Assembly: GCA_049279335.1 (NCBI GenBank)
Contig: JBAPNX010000024.1
Coordinates: forward strand, 375,211-439,210
Direction: 5' to 3'
Length of the DNA stretch: 64,000 nucleotides
DNA from: Candidatus Dormiibacterota bacterium
GTDB taxonomy: Bacteria > Chloroflexota > Dormibacteria > Aeolococcales > Bog-877
The translations under genes and the position numbers were made by a program. This document shows positions 10,015 through 19,946 of the stretch, piece by piece (the first letter of the stretch is position 1; each line of letters opens with the position of its first letter). The notes beneath the pieces are model-generated. The model saw nothing but the letters and a program-made list of their open reading frames with translations. It searched no databases and was not told the DNA's origin.

Positions 10015-10896
10015 GTGGCGACTGAAGTTCGGGAGAGTGCCAGGTTGCGAATCGCCAGATTTGCCGCCCCCGAGGGGCCTCGTTTCGCCGTCGCCGATCC
10101 CGACAAGCCCAGCTCCGAGGGTTGGGGCTGGCTCGACCTGGGCCTGGCCACCCCGGAACTCCAGGCGGCGCTGCTGGGTGGCAGGGTGCCCACTCCCGGC
10201 CCGGAGATCTGGCCGGAATTACCGATGCTGGCGCCGCTGGCGCCGAACCGGGTGTTCGCCATCGGGCGCAACTATCTGGCCCATGCTGAGGAGGGAGGGG
10301 CGAAGCCTCCCAAGTTGCCTCTGATCTGGACCAAGCTGAACTCCGCGGTGACCGGCGACGGGGCTGCCATCGTGATCCCCAGCGACCACCAGGACGCGAT
10401 TGACTACGAGGGTGAGCTGGCAGTCGTGATCGGCACCCCCGGTCGGCGCATCTCCGCAGCCACGGCCCTCGGCCACGTTGGCGGCTACACCGCCGCCAAT
10501 GACGTCACCGCTCGCGACGCCCAGGATGCTATGGCTCAATGGACCCTACCCAAGAGCATGCCCACCTTCGCCCCTTTGGGACCCCATCTCCTCACCGCGG
10601 ACGAGATCGCCGACCCCCAGGCCCTGATCATCGAGACCTGGGTGAGCGGGGAGCGGCGCCAGCAGGGCAACACCAAGGACATGATCTTTCCGATCGCCGA
10701 GCTGGTGAGCTTTCTCTCACAGTACGTGGATCTCGAGGTCGGCGATGTGATCGAGACCGGCACCCCGGCAGGCGTGGGCTGGAGGCGCCAGCCCAAAGCC
10801 ACCCTGCGGCCCGGCCAGGAGGTGGAGGTCAGAATCGAGCCCATCGGGGTGCTGCGCAACCCGGTCCAGGCGGAGGCTGCGACCGGGGGCGGCTAG
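10015..10896 (+). CDS. Fumarylacetoacetate hydrolase (FAH) family protein
   Basis: VFAIGRNYLAHAEE, DYEGELAVVIG and GDVIETGTPAGVG motifs are characteristic of the FAH / HpcE-like fold. GTG start. Confidence 0.8.
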   Translation: MATEVRESARLRIARFAAPEGPRFAVADPDKPSSEGWGWLDLGLATPELQAALLGGRVPTPGPEIWPELPMLAPLAPNRVFAIGRNYLAHAEEGGAKPPKLPLIWTKLNSAVTGDGAAIVIPSDHQDAIDYEGELAVVIGTPGRRISAATALGHVGGYTAANDVTARDAQDAMAQWTLPKSMPTFAPLGPHLLTADEIADPQALIIETWVSGERRQQGNTKDMIFPIAELVSFLSQYVDLEVGDVIETGTPAGVGWRRQPKATLRPGQEVEVRIEPIGVLRNPVQAEAATGGG

Positions 10897-10915
10897 CCCT
10901 GGGTCGCACTGCAGA

Positions 10916-11650
10916 GTGAGGAACGAGCGACAGCTGGCACCGTGGTTGGTCGGCGCCTCAATCGAGACCGTGGGCAAGGTGTCGGAGCGGCATCCGGGCC
11001 GGGGGCGGGTCAAGCAGCACCGACTGCATCGCCTGGAGCGCCGGGAGCAGCTGCTCCAGGCCTGCCTGGTGGCGTTCGCGCGAGACGGGCTGGAGGTGAC
11101 GACGATGGACTCCATCGCCGCCACCGCAGGTGTCAGCAAGCCGCTGGTCTACCGCCACTTCCACAACCGGCGCGAGGCGCTGACAGCGGTGGTCGAGCAG
11201 GAGAGCGAGCGTCTCTTGGACTTCCTCGACCTGGACGGGCCAGACTTGCCGGCTCCCAGCTTTGAGCAGCTGACCATAGCCTTCCTGCGCTTCGCCGCAG
11301 AGTACCCCGCCTCCTTCCGTCTGCTCTTCCAGTTGGTGGACGCCGCCGCCGGCAACGCCAAGCAGCGCGTGGACCAGCTCCGGGAGCGAATCGGGCGGGT
11401 CATGGTCACCTCGCTGCTCTCCGAGGCCGAGACAGCTGAACTTGCCAAGACGCTTCGACCCGATCCCGACGCCGGCTGGCTGGCCGGAATGGTGAGCTCG
11501 ATCGTCGAGGGAGTGGCCGGGGGACTGATCCTGGGCGAGGACCCCACCCTGCGAGCCGGGGCGCTCCGCCAGCTTCTGCGGCCTGAGGGGTTGATGGCCG
11601 CTCTGGTGGAGTTTCGCCAGGAGCCGGCTACCAGGATGGAGCGAGGCTAG
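10916..11650 (+). CDS. TetR family transcriptional regulator
   Basis: HTH region REQLLQACLVAFARDGLEVTTMDSIAATAGVSKPLVYRHF. The true start is probably an internal GTG around 10975-10984. Confidence 0.7.
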   Translation: MRNERQLAPWLVGASIETVGKVSERHPGRGRVKQHRLHRLERREQLLQACLVAFARDGLEVTTMDSIAATAGVSKPLVYRHFHNRREALTAVVEQESERLLDFLDLDGPDLPAPSFEQLTIAFLRFAAEYPASFRLLFQLVDAAAGNAKQRVDQLRERIGRVMVTSLLSEAETAELAKTLRPDPDAGWLAGMVSSIVEGVAGGLILGEDPTLRAGALRQLLRPEGLMAALVEFRQEPATRMERG

Positions 11651-11655
11651 AGATC

Positions 11656-14600
11656 TTGCCCGTCCGGGCTCTTCCGCTGGAGGTGGGCCTCCGTGACCTG
11701 GTCGGCCCCACCCGCGTGGTGGGCGGCCCGCGTTCGGGCAAGACCCAGCTACTGGTCGAACTGGCCGTGGAGTGGCTGCTGGGTGGAGGTGATCCCAAGC
11801 GCCTGGTGCTGGTCGTTCGGAGCGGGAGTAGCGCGGCGCTGCTGCAGCGACGGGTGGAAGCGATGCTGCCTGGCGCCCACCCGGCACCCTTGGTTCAGAC
11901 CCACGAACGCTTGGCGCGCGCGGTACTGGCCACGGTGGGCGAATCAGCCAAGCCAGCTGTGAGGCTGTCGCGGGTCGGGGAGTGGCTGGCGATGCGGGAA
12001 GCACTGAGTCGAGCTCGTGCTAGCCTGCCGCGCCTGGGGGAGCTGGTCGCGGAGCCCTCCTGCATCGACGACGCGCTAGCGGTCACCTCGGCATTCAAGC
12101 GGGCCCTGGTAGGGCCGGGGTTGCTGGCGCAGCGACTGCGCGGGGCGCCCGTCAGCCTGCGCGAGATGGTGGTGGTCGCCGCCAGCTACCAGACCGTCCT
12201 GGAGCAGATGGGCAGCCGGGACCCCCGCGACTGGCACGGCCTGGCGCTCACCGCCCTCGAGGACCCGAGCGCAATGCGGGACTGGGCTGAGGTCATGCTG
12301 GTGGACGAGGCGGAGGACCTCAGTCCTGCCCAGTGGTTCCTGGTACGCGAGCTGGGGCGGCGGCTGAGCCCGCCCGGACGCCTCGTCCTGGCTGGGCATT
12401 GGAGCGAGTCCGCTCCCGGCTTCCGAGGGGTCTCGAGCGAGTGTTCCAGCCGGCCCTTCGAGCAGTATTTCCCGAGCGAAATGGCGGCTGACGAGTGGGT
12501 GCTTCCCTCCGCGCTGCGCGGCTGGTCGCAGGCGCTCGTCGCCGAGCTCGGGCTTGGGACCGACGAACAGGTCGAGGACCAGTCCGGCGCCGAGGCGCAG
12601 ACCGCCGCGGAGGCGGCGTTCAGGGTCAGCCCCACTGCCCGGGTGTGGCAGGCTGTCGACGAGACCGGGGAGGCGATGGCAGTGGCCCGCGAGATCCTCA
12701 GGGCGCGCCTCGCGGGTGAGGTCGACTTCGGCGACGTGGCCGTCCTGGTCCGCTCCCCGGGAAGCCAGCTGGTCCCAATCCAAGCAGCCCTGAGCAGCCT
12801 GGGAATCCCCCACCGACTCCACGGCGGCGGTGGCTGGACTGGAGATCCCGTGGTGGCGGTGGTCCGCAACTGGCTGAGGGTCCTCTGCTCTCACCATGAC
12901 GACCAGGCGCTGCTGACGGCGCTGGGGATGGGTCCCCAGGCGGTGTCGCCGGCAGCGATCGCGGCGCTGCGCCGGGACGCCGGACTTAGCAATTGCTCGG
13001 TGACCACGGTTTTCTGGGCGGCCATGCGCAGCGACCAGAACCCCGATGCCGCCGAATGGGATGAGTTGCGCCGGGCGGGTCGTCCGTGGCTCCGGCTTGG
13101 TGCGGGCGACCCTGGAGTGGGCGGTCGGGAGCTCGATTGGCCGCAGCTCCGCGCGCTCCTGGGCGAGCTGGAACTGGCTGCTGGGCTGGCTGCCGCCGCC
13201 CTGGAAAACCTCGAGGTGGCGACGGTGCTGGCTGAGTTGACCCGGGTCGCGGCTGAGACCGCCGAAGCTACGGGACGGCTGAACCGGCCTAGGCGGAGCC
13301 TCACCGCGTGGCTGGAACTCTTGGAGCTGGCGGTTCGGCATGCCGGGGGGGAGGAGCCTGATCGCGAGTCGGACCGATCGGAGGTCTCGGTGTTGACCAT
13401 CAGCCAGGCCAAAGGCGGGGCCTGGTCCCGGGTCTTCCTCTGTGGTTGCGTCGACGGCACCATCCCTGCTCCTGTCGACTCGGGCGGAATGCTCGACGCC
13501 GAAGAGGTCAGCGAGCTGGTTCGGCTGGTGCCCGAGCTGGAAGACGTGCTCTCCTCCGGCGACTCCCAGCAGGACGCGGAGTCCCGGCTCTTCCTGGTGG
13601 CCTTGACCCGCGCCACAGCGGGAGTCACCTGTAGCTGGGCGCGACGCTATCGGGGGCGGCCGGCTGAGAGGTCCCCCCTGCTGCAGGCACTGATCGCAGC
13701 GGGCTGTGTCGAGACGGCGGCGCCTCATGCAGAGCTGGTCACGGCCGACGACCTGCTGATCGAGCTGTCGCTGGTCGCCGTCACCCCTGAGCCCGCCCCC
13801 CCGGGTCGAGATCCCCTGGGGTCGGCGGCAGCAGACCTACGGCAAGCGCTCGCCCCCTGGGATCCGGTCGCCGATGGTGCTGGCACGGTTGCCGGACCGG
13901 TCTCGATCAGTGCCACGTCACTCGCCAGCTGGTTGGCCTGTCCGCGTCAGTACCTGGCCCACACCCTGGAGCTGGCGCACGACCGTGGCATCAATCTCAC
14001 GTTGGGGGTCCAGGCACACCAACTCCTGCAGCGGCTGTATCAGGGAAAGGCCGACTGGGAGGACCGGCCGTTGGGGTTCCGCACCGCCGCCGCCGAACTA
14101 CTCCGCGAGAAGGTCATGCCCGAGGTCAGGGCGGAGGAGTGGGATCCGCTCAAGGTGCTTTTCGCCGAGCTGTGGCTGGGGGAGATGGTCTCGAGGTGGG
14201 AGCGGCGGGTCGTCGCAGCCGGAGAGAGCGCGGTGGGGGAGCCGATCGCCGAAGAGGTCAGCTTCGAACTGCCCCGGTCCGGCTGGCGCCTTCGGGGCAA
14301 GGTGGATGCGCTCTGGCGCCATCCCGACGGCGAGGTGGAACTGGTGGACTACAAGACCTCGCGGTTCAAGTCGAGCGACGCGGCGCTTCGCGCCGAAGTC
14401 TTCGGCAAGCCCCATGACGGACCGAAGCAGTGGCAGCTGCCGATCTACCAGCTGGCGGCGAGGGACGGCGCGTTCGAGGATCAGCTGGGTCGTCACCTGC
14501 CCGCGCGTGTCCGCAACTGGTACGTCGGAGTCGAGCCCAGCTCCAAGGGTCCTGACCCAATCAGCGCCGCCGGCTTCAGGGTGGTCACCGGCGCCGAGGA

Positions 14601-14820
14601 AGAGGGCGGAGCCGGGGTGCTGACCGAGAGGGAGTTGGACCGGATCGAGGCGGAGATCAACCGGGTGGCGGAGGCAATCCTCGGGGGTAGGTTCCCCGCC
14701 CAGCCGCGCCACGCTTTGCGGACCTGCAGGGACTCGCGGTCGGGCTGCCCGGTCGCCTTCTGGTGTGACGGCGAAGGCTCGGTGGGGGTGGACTTCCCCA
14801 CCCCGGCTCCAGAACTTTGA
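11656..14820 (+). CDS. adnA: AdnA/AddB-like subunit of a two-subunit helicase-nuclease (UvrD-like motor with weak motifs plus C-terminal RecB-family nuclease with Cys cluster)
   Basis: 1054 aa. Walker-A-like GGPRSGKTQ, DEAED box, helicase motif VI-like TISQAKGGAW. C-terminal PD-(D/E)XK nuclease motif GKVDALWRHPDGEVELVDYKTS. Cys ligands LACPRQY ... CRDSRSGCPVAFWC, consistent with an Fe-S-bearing AddB/AdnAB-type nuclease domain. Confidence 0.7.
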   Translation: MPVRALPLEVGLRDLVGPTRVVGGPRSGKTQLLVELAVEWLLGGGDPKRLVLVVRSGSSAALLQRRVEAMLPGAHPAPLVQTHERLARAVLATVGESAKPAVRLSRVGEWLAMREALSRARASLPRLGELVAEPSCIDDALAVTSAFKRALVGPGLLAQRLRGAPVSLREMVVVAASYQTVLEQMGSRDPRDWHGLALTALEDPSAMRDWAEVMLVDEAEDLSPAQWFLVRELGRRLSPPGRLVLAGHWSESAPGFRGVSSECSSRPFEQYFPSEMAADEWVLPSALRGWSQALVAELGLGTDEQVEDQSGAEAQTAAEAAFRVSPTARVWQAVDETGEAMAVAREILRARLAGEVDFGDVAVLVRSPGSQLVPIQAALSSLGIPHRLHGGGGWTGDPVVAVVRNWLRVLCSHHDDQALLTALGMGPQAVSPAAIAALRRDAGLSNCSVTTVFWAAMRSDQNPDAAEWDELRRAGRPWLRLGAGDPGVGGRELDWPQLRALLGELELAAGLAAAALENLEVATVLAELTRVAAETAEATGRLNRPRRSLTAWLELLELAVRHAGGEEPDRESDRSEVSVLTISQAKGGAWSRVFLCGCVDGTIPAPVDSGGMLDAEEVSELVRLVPELEDVLSSGDSQQDAESRLFLVALTRATAGVTCSWARRYRGRPAERSPLLQALIAAGCVETAAPHAELVTADDLLIELSLVAVTPEPAPPGRDPLGSAAADLRQALAPWDPVADGAGTVAGPVSISATSLASWLACPRQYLAHTLELAHDRGINLTLGVQAHQLLQRLYQGKADWEDRPLGFRTAAAELLREKVMPEVRAEEWDPLKVLFAELWLGEMVSRWERRVVAAGESAVGEPIAEEVSFELPRSGWRLRGKVDALWRHPDGEVELVDYKTSRFKSSDAALRAEVFGKPHDGPKQWQLPIYQLAARDGAFEDQLGRHLPARVRNWYVGVEPSSKGPDPISAAGFRVVTGAEEEGGAGVLTERELDRIEAEINRVAEAILGGRFPAQPRHALRTCRDSRSGCPVAFWCDGEGSVGVDFPTPAPEL

Positions 14821-17800
14821 ACCAGCGCCAGGCCTTCCTCGCCCTGGCCGAGGCGACTCTGACCCCAGCCCAGTTCCAGGTGGTGCAAGAACTGGGCCGA
14901 GGGCCGGTCAAGGTGGTGGCTGGGGCGGGCAGCGGCAAGACCACCACCATGGCCTATCTGTACGCCGCCGCCGTGGTCAGCGAGATCCCGGTGGGACGGA
15001 TCATGGCGGTCACCTTCACCGATCGGGCCGCCGTGGAGCTGCGGGCGAAGATCCTTGATGCCCTGGCTGCGGCTCGGCTGGTCCCAGCAGGAGCCGGACC
15101 CGATCCCCTCGAGGGAGCCTGGATCGGCACCTTCCATCAGCTGATCCGGCGGATGCTGGCGGAGCACGCCTACCTAGCCGGCCTGCCTCGGGATCTGGAA
15201 CTCGTCGACGAGGTGGTGGCGGGGATGGTGATGGAGGAGGCGCTGGACTCGGTGCGCCAGCAGGCGGCTACGTCCAGTTGGATGCAGCAGCTGCCACCTC
15301 AGCCCGACCCCCGCACCGTTCTTGGGCTCCTTGGCGGAGCCCGCGCCGCGGTGGAGCGACTCCGCTCCACCCAGCTCGAGGCAGACCAGTGCGAGCAGGA
15401 GTCCCTAGCCGCCTACGAATGGTTCGCCGCCAGTGGCGACTCTGCAGTGGAGATCGCCTGGCACCGAGCTGGGCTTGAACTGACAACCACCGTCTGGGCG
15501 GAGTACGAAGGTCGGCTCGCAGAACGTCAGACGCTCGACTTCGACGGGCTCCTTCGCCAAGGATTGCGAGCCCTGAGGAGCTCACCCGCCCTGCTCAGCT
15601 GGTGCCGTTCCACCTTCGAGCTGGTGATCGTCGACGAGTATCAGGACACCAGTGCCCTCCAGGAGTCAATGCTCCTGGAGCTCACTGGGCCGGCTCAGCG
15701 CAGCCTCTTCATGGTGGGCGACGCCCGGCAGTCGATCTATGCCTTTCGGGACGCCAAGCCCGGGATCATGACCTACGCGGCCGGCCGACCCTTCGGCCTG
15801 TTCCGCAACCACCGCTCGCGAAAGCCGATATTGGCTGCGGCCGATTTCGTAATCCGGGGCGATCCTCAGTTCGCAGACGACGATCCCATGGAAGCGGCCC
15901 GCGAGGGCGATTCCCCGCTCCCGGTCTGGGTCGCCGAGGTCGACCACCCCTCCAAGGAGGCAGAGGCGATCGCCGACGCGCTCCAGCAACTGCACCGGGA
16001 CGGGATCAATTATCCCGACGGCAGCCACCAGGACCTTCGCTGGTGTGACATGGCGGTACTCGCCTACACCCTCGGCCGGCTCGGTCTGTCGCTCGAGGAG
16101 TCGCTGAGGCTGCGAGGTATCCCCTTTCAGACCGTGAGCGGGGGGCTGTTGGCTCGGCCTGAGGTCAAGGATGTGCTGGCCTTCCTCAGGCTGGCGGCAG
16201 ACGACCGCGACGACCTTGCCTGCTTGCGCGTGCTGCAGTCACCGGTGGGGCGGATCCCGGACCGGGCCTTGCTTTCCCTGCGGCCCCGCCGGGGCGAGCG
16301 GGGTGCCTCGCTGGCCGAGCGGGCGCGTCGACACCTGGAGGAAGGCGGCGCGGGATGGGAGAGGTCGTGGACGGATCGTGCCCGGCGCATCCTGGCGCTG
16401 ATCGAGAAGCTCCGCGCCGCCGGCCGAACCTCTCCCGCTAGTCAGGTGCTGGCCCTGGCTCTGGCAGAGAGCGGTCTCCTGCGGCTGCAGCGAGCTCGAG
16501 TCCGGGCAGCGGACCCTCTGGGGCGCCGGGCCCTGGATGCCCTCTCAGAGCTGCAGCGGGTGGTTTGGGCCGCGGAGTCCAGCAGCCGCTGGCTCGGCTT
16601 GGGCGAACTGCTGGCCCGACTGGATGCCATGCGGGAAGACGCCACGACTGCCGAGCCGACGCCCCAGACCGACGAGGACCTGGTGACTATCAGCACCATC
16701 CACCGGGCCAAGGGCCTGGAGTGGCCCGTGGTGGTCCTGGCTGACTGCCGGCCCTACCAAGCGAGAAACCCTGGCTCGGTCATCTGGGACCGGCAGGCCA
16801 AGGCGGTCATCTGCACGCGAGTCGCCGGAGTCAAAACCTTAGCCTTCAAGCGCTGGTCTGAGAGTCCGGCCAAGAGGATCGACCTCGAAGAGCGTCGGCG
16901 CCTGATCTATGTGGCGATGACCAGGGCACGCGACCTGCTCTTGGTGACCACCAGTCGCAGCGGCACTCAGGGTGAGTTTGTCGAACTGGCCGCGGCGGCG
17001 GCGGGGCCGGCCAATTGGGCCAGCGAGTGGCCCGATTTCGCCGCCGAGGTGAGGCTGCCGTGGGCGGCGGCTGCGGGCGCCACCGGGGGCGTCACACAAA
17101 CCGGCGCTGCCGATGCGCAGCGCACCGTTTCAATGGCTCGGCTAAGGCAACGCTGGCTAGAGATAGAGCAGCTGCAAGCTACTGCCGGAACCGGCGTCTT
17201 CCGGCCAAAGCAGCTCAGTTTCACTGCAATGGAGACTCTTAACCGCTGCCCCCGGCAGTACTGGTATCGCTATCTGGCCCAGTATCCGATCGACTCAGCC
17301 GACCCAGGCTCGCCCAGGGGCCTCGTTGATGACGAATGGGGGGGCGAATCCGAGGGGATCGGCAGCGAGGCGGCTCGGGAGTTGGGCATTGCCGTGCACC
17401 AGGTCCTGGAGCGACTGCATGCCAGCCAACCCCTACGAGCCCCGACTCCCGTGGAGGCCGAAGTGGCGCTGGATGCGATGGCGGACAGCCTCAGTCTCCA
17501 GCAGCGGGACCTGGCGGAGGACATGGTCGGTCGCTACATCGCTGGGCGGGCTGCGGGGCTGCCAACGGTAGCCACCGAATTCAGCTTCAGCTGGAGAGAC
17601 TGGGCCGGACCCGGCTGTCCCACCCTGATCGGTGTCATCGACCGAGTCGCGCAGCTCCCGTCGGGCCAGCTCCTGATCATCGACTACAAGACCAACGTCA
17701 GCCTCGCGCCTGGGGAGCTGGCCGACTACTCGCGGCAGCTCCAGCTTTACGCGGCGGCGGTCACCGCCGGGGTGATGGGGACTGCAGTGCGGCCGCCGGC

Positions 17801-18041
17801 CACCGCGCTGGCCATGCTCCGGTCAGGGGAGCTGCTCGAGGTGCTAAGTGGCGACCTCGAGCGCCGGCAGGCGCTCAGCTGGGCCGCCGATGCGGCGCGC
17901 CGGGTCGAGGTGGGTGACTACCGATCGGCGGAGGCATTCCCCGCGCGCCCCTGCACTGCTTGTCCCTTTGTCGAGCGTTGTCCCGAACGCCGGCCAGGCA
18001 TCGCCGCGGGCTTAGCTGGGGAGCTTGAAGAGTCCCTGTAG
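14817..18041 (+). CDS. adnB: AdnB/AddA-like helicase-nuclease subunit (UvrD/Rep-family motor plus RecB-family nuclease)
   Basis: 1074 aa. Walker A AGAGSGKTT, motif II VIVDEYQDTS, motif III VGDARQSIYAFR. C-terminal LIIDYKTN nuclease motif and Cys cluster NRCPRQYW ... CTACPFVERCP. TTG start overlaps the upstream stop (TTGA), suggesting translational coupling. Confidence 0.75.
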   Translation: MNQRQAFLALAEATLTPAQFQVVQELGRGPVKVVAGAGSGKTTTMAYLYAAAVVSEIPVGRIMAVTFTDRAAVELRAKILDALAAARLVPAGAGPDPLEGAWIGTFHQLIRRMLAEHAYLAGLPRDLELVDEVVAGMVMEEALDSVRQQAATSSWMQQLPPQPDPRTVLGLLGGARAAVERLRSTQLEADQCEQESLAAYEWFAASGDSAVEIAWHRAGLELTTTVWAEYEGRLAERQTLDFDGLLRQGLRALRSSPALLSWCRSTFELVIVDEYQDTSALQESMLLELTGPAQRSLFMVGDARQSIYAFRDAKPGIMTYAAGRPFGLFRNHRSRKPILAAADFVIRGDPQFADDDPMEAAREGDSPLPVWVAEVDHPSKEAEAIADALQQLHRDGINYPDGSHQDLRWCDMAVLAYTLGRLGLSLEESLRLRGIPFQTVSGGLLARPEVKDVLAFLRLAADDRDDLACLRVLQSPVGRIPDRALLSLRPRRGERGASLAERARRHLEEGGAGWERSWTDRARRILALIEKLRAAGRTSPASQVLALALAESGLLRLQRARVRAADPLGRRALDALSELQRVVWAAESSSRWLGLGELLARLDAMREDATTAEPTPQTDEDLVTISTIHRAKGLEWPVVVLADCRPYQARNPGSVIWDRQAKAVICTRVAGVKTLAFKRWSESPAKRIDLEERRRLIYVAMTRARDLLLVTTSRSGTQGEFVELAAAAAGPANWASEWPDFAAEVRLPWAAAAGATGGVTQTGAADAQRTVSMARLRQRWLEIEQLQATAGTGVFRPKQLSFTAMETLNRCPRQYWYRYLAQYPIDSADPGSPRGLVDDEWGGESEGIGSEAARELGIAVHQVLERLHASQPLRAPTPVEAEVALDAMADSLSLQQRDLAEDMVGRYIAGRAAGLPTVATEFSFSWRDWAGPGCPTLIGVIDRVAQLPSGQLLIIDYKTNVSLAPGELADYSRQLQLYAAAVTAGVMGTAVRPPATALAMLRSGELLEVLSGDLERRQALSWAADAARRVEVGDYRSAEAFPARPCTACPFVERCPERRPGIAAGLAGELEESL

Positions 18042-18350
18042 CCGCATCGCCAGCCCCATGTCGCCTTTGAGCTTGAGCTTGCCGGTCATGAAGGCCATGG
18101 TTCCGTCGAGCTTGCCGCTGATCAGCTTGACGAAGTTCTCGTCGCTGATGCTGACCGTGATCTTGGCTTCCGCTGACGTGCCCTTGTGAACGGCGCAGCT
18201 GCCGTCCTTGATCACCATGTACCATTGACCGCCCTGGTCACCCGAGATGTCGAACTGGTAGGTGGCGGTGAGTCCTTGTGCCTTGTCGGCCTGGAAGGCA
18301 GCGGGTATCTGGTCGATGATGTCCTGCGGTGTCAGTTCGGCTTGGGCCAC
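18012..18350 (-). CDS. SCP2 sterol-binding domain protein
   Basis: C-terminal 112 aa (VAQAELTPQDIIDQIPAAF...GKLKLKGDMGLAMRLQGLFKL) match the SCP2 fold. GTG at 18350 preceded by GGAGG. The upstream part of the long listed ORF is Arg/Ala-rich and non-coding-like. Confidence 0.65.
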   Translation of the reverse strand: MAQAELTPQDIIDQIPAAFQADKAQGLTATYQFDISGDQGGQWYMVIKDGSCAVHKGTSAEAKITVSISDENFVKLISGKLDGTMAFMTGKLKLKGDMGLAMRLQGLFKLPS

Positions 18351-18400
18351 GAAAATCCTCCGGAGAGCGGCTCTCGGTAACGCGGACGGGCTGGATCGAC

Positions 18401-19330
18401 TCAGGCGGCCATTTTTGGCCAGCGACGGCGGCGTTTGAGGTAACCCAGACTGCCCCACATTGGTCGGGGCTCGAATCCAAACTCGGTCCTCACCGCGTCC
18501 ACCCGGGTCACGTTGGGCTTGGCCAGCATGTCCAGCTGCTGAGGCGTGACCAGCGGATTCGGCAAGAGCTTGTCCATCAGCAACGCTCCTGGACGGATCA
18601 TCCGGGGATCGACGTGCATCGGCTTGCGCTTGGAGATGCCGAACCACTCCTTGTCGATGGCCTGGGCCACCGCGAAGGTGATCTGCTCCAGGGTGACCTG
18701 GTCGGGACCACCGATTTCATAGAGGTGGCGGGCGCGGCGACTGTCCTCGACGGCGGCCAAGAGACAACGGCCCACGTCGTCGGCGTCGATGGGCTGGAAG
18801 ACGGCAGCCCCATCCCCGGGGATGATCAGGAATGGGGCGGGTAGTGAGATGGCCTTGGCCAAAAGGGAAAAGAAGCCGTCTCCGGTTCCGAAAATGGTCG
18901 ATGCGCGGATGATGACCCACTCCAACGAGCTGGCGATGACCGCCTGTTCACCCCGCCATTTGCTGATCAGGTAAGGAAAATTGGGGTCGGGGTCGGCCCC
19001 GATCGCGCTCAGTTGCACCAGTCTTTTCACCCCCGCGCGCGACGCTGCGTTGACCACATTGGCGGTGCCCTGGGCGTTGACGGAGTCAAACGTCTGCAGT
19101 CCCCGCTCACGGATGACAGCCACCAGGTTGACCACCACATCGGCGGACTGGAAGGCGGCCTCCAGCCCCTCGCCGCTAATCACATCCCCGTAGGTGGGAT
19201 TGAGGCCAGGAGGCAGGGTGGGCGGGCGCACCCCGCGCCCAACCACCCTGACCTCGTGCCCGGCCTTCAGGACTTGCGGTACCAGGTGCGAGCCCACAAA
19301 CCCGGTACCGCCGACGATGGCTACCCGCAC
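18401..19330 (-). CDS. NAD-dependent epimerase/dehydratase (SDR family, complex-I NDUFA9-like)
   Basis: MRVAIVGGTGFVGSHL Rossmann motif. 309 aa extended SDR. Confidence 0.8.
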   Translation of the reverse strand: MRVAIVGGTGFVGSHLVPQVLKAGHEVRVVGRGVRPPTLPPGLNPTYGDVISGEGLEAAFQSADVVVNLVAVIRERGLQTFDSVNAQGTANVVNAASRAGVKRLVQLSAIGADPDPNFPYLISKWRGEQAVIASSLEWVIIRASTIFGTGDGFFSLLAKAISLPAPFLIIPGDGAAVFQPIDADDVGRCLLAAVEDSRRARHLYEIGGPDQVTLEQITFAVAQAIDKEWFGISKRKPMHVDPRMIRPGALLMDKLLPNPLVTPQQLDMLAKPNVTRVDAVRTEFGFEPRPMWGSLGYLKRRRRWPKMAA

Positions 19331-19358
19331 GGCCGGAGACCTGTTATGTCCGTCGGTT

Positions 19359-19709
19359 TTAGGAGCGCTTGGCGGCAGTGCGACGGCGTGATGCGGTCTT
19401 GCCCGCGACGGCCGCCTTCAGTCCGGTGGAGGGGTAAAAACGCACCTTCTGAGAAGCCGGTACCCGCACCATCTCCTGGGTCTGAGGATTGCGCCGTAGG
19501 CCAGCCGCGGTCTGCCGGACCTTCCAGCGACCGAATCCGGCGACCGAGACCTCGCCGCCACCCTGGAGCTCGGTGCTGATGATTTGGAAGATCAGCTTGA
19601 GGGTGTCATCGGCAAGCTGAAAACTTGAGAAAAATGGCTCCTTCTTGCCTTCGTCGTTCTCAAATTGGATGCGGGTTTGTAGGGTTTTGGCCAGCTCACG
19701 GCGATTCAT
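19359..19709 (-). CDS. hup: HU family DNA-binding protein with short basic C-terminal tail
   Basis: FQIISTELQGGGEVSVAGFGRWKVRQTAAGLRRNPQTQEMVRVPASQKVRFYPS is the HU/IHF fold signature. Lys/Ala-rich tail as in actinobacterial HU. Start at MNRRELAK. Confidence 0.85.
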   Translation of the reverse strand: MNRRELAKTLQTRIQFENDEGKKEPFFSSFQLADDTLKLIFQIISTELQGGGEVSVAGFGRWKVRQTAAGLRRNPQTQEMVRVPASQKVRFYPSTGLKAAVAGKTASRRRTAAKRS

Positions 19710-19856
19710 AGATGTAGATCCTCCCTTGGGACGAACTGAGACGGTCAATGCGACGCACGAATACTAAGGAAAACGTGGGAGGTTGTGCAGGTTTCGTAGC
19801 TGCACAGTGGCTGCTTCCCGGCCTTTTCCCGAGCCTGAGCCCGGGATTTGCCTTGA

Positions 19857-19870
19857 CGAACATACGTTCG
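19857..19870. promoter_or_regulatory. LexA (SOS) box, Cheo/actinobacterial type CGAAC-N4-GTTCG, upstream of imuA'
   Basis: cGAACatacGTTCg is a perfect palindromic match to the GAAC-N4-GTTC core. Flanked by TTGACG (19853-19858) and TATACT (19871-19876) promoter-like hexamers. Lies 77 nt upstream of the imuA' start. Confidence 0.6.
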
Positions 19871-19946
19871 TATACTTGGGGAGGGCCAGGCCGGCGACCT
19901 AACCCCGCCTCGGCCCCCTCCAGAGCTTCACACAGGTGGTTTTCCA

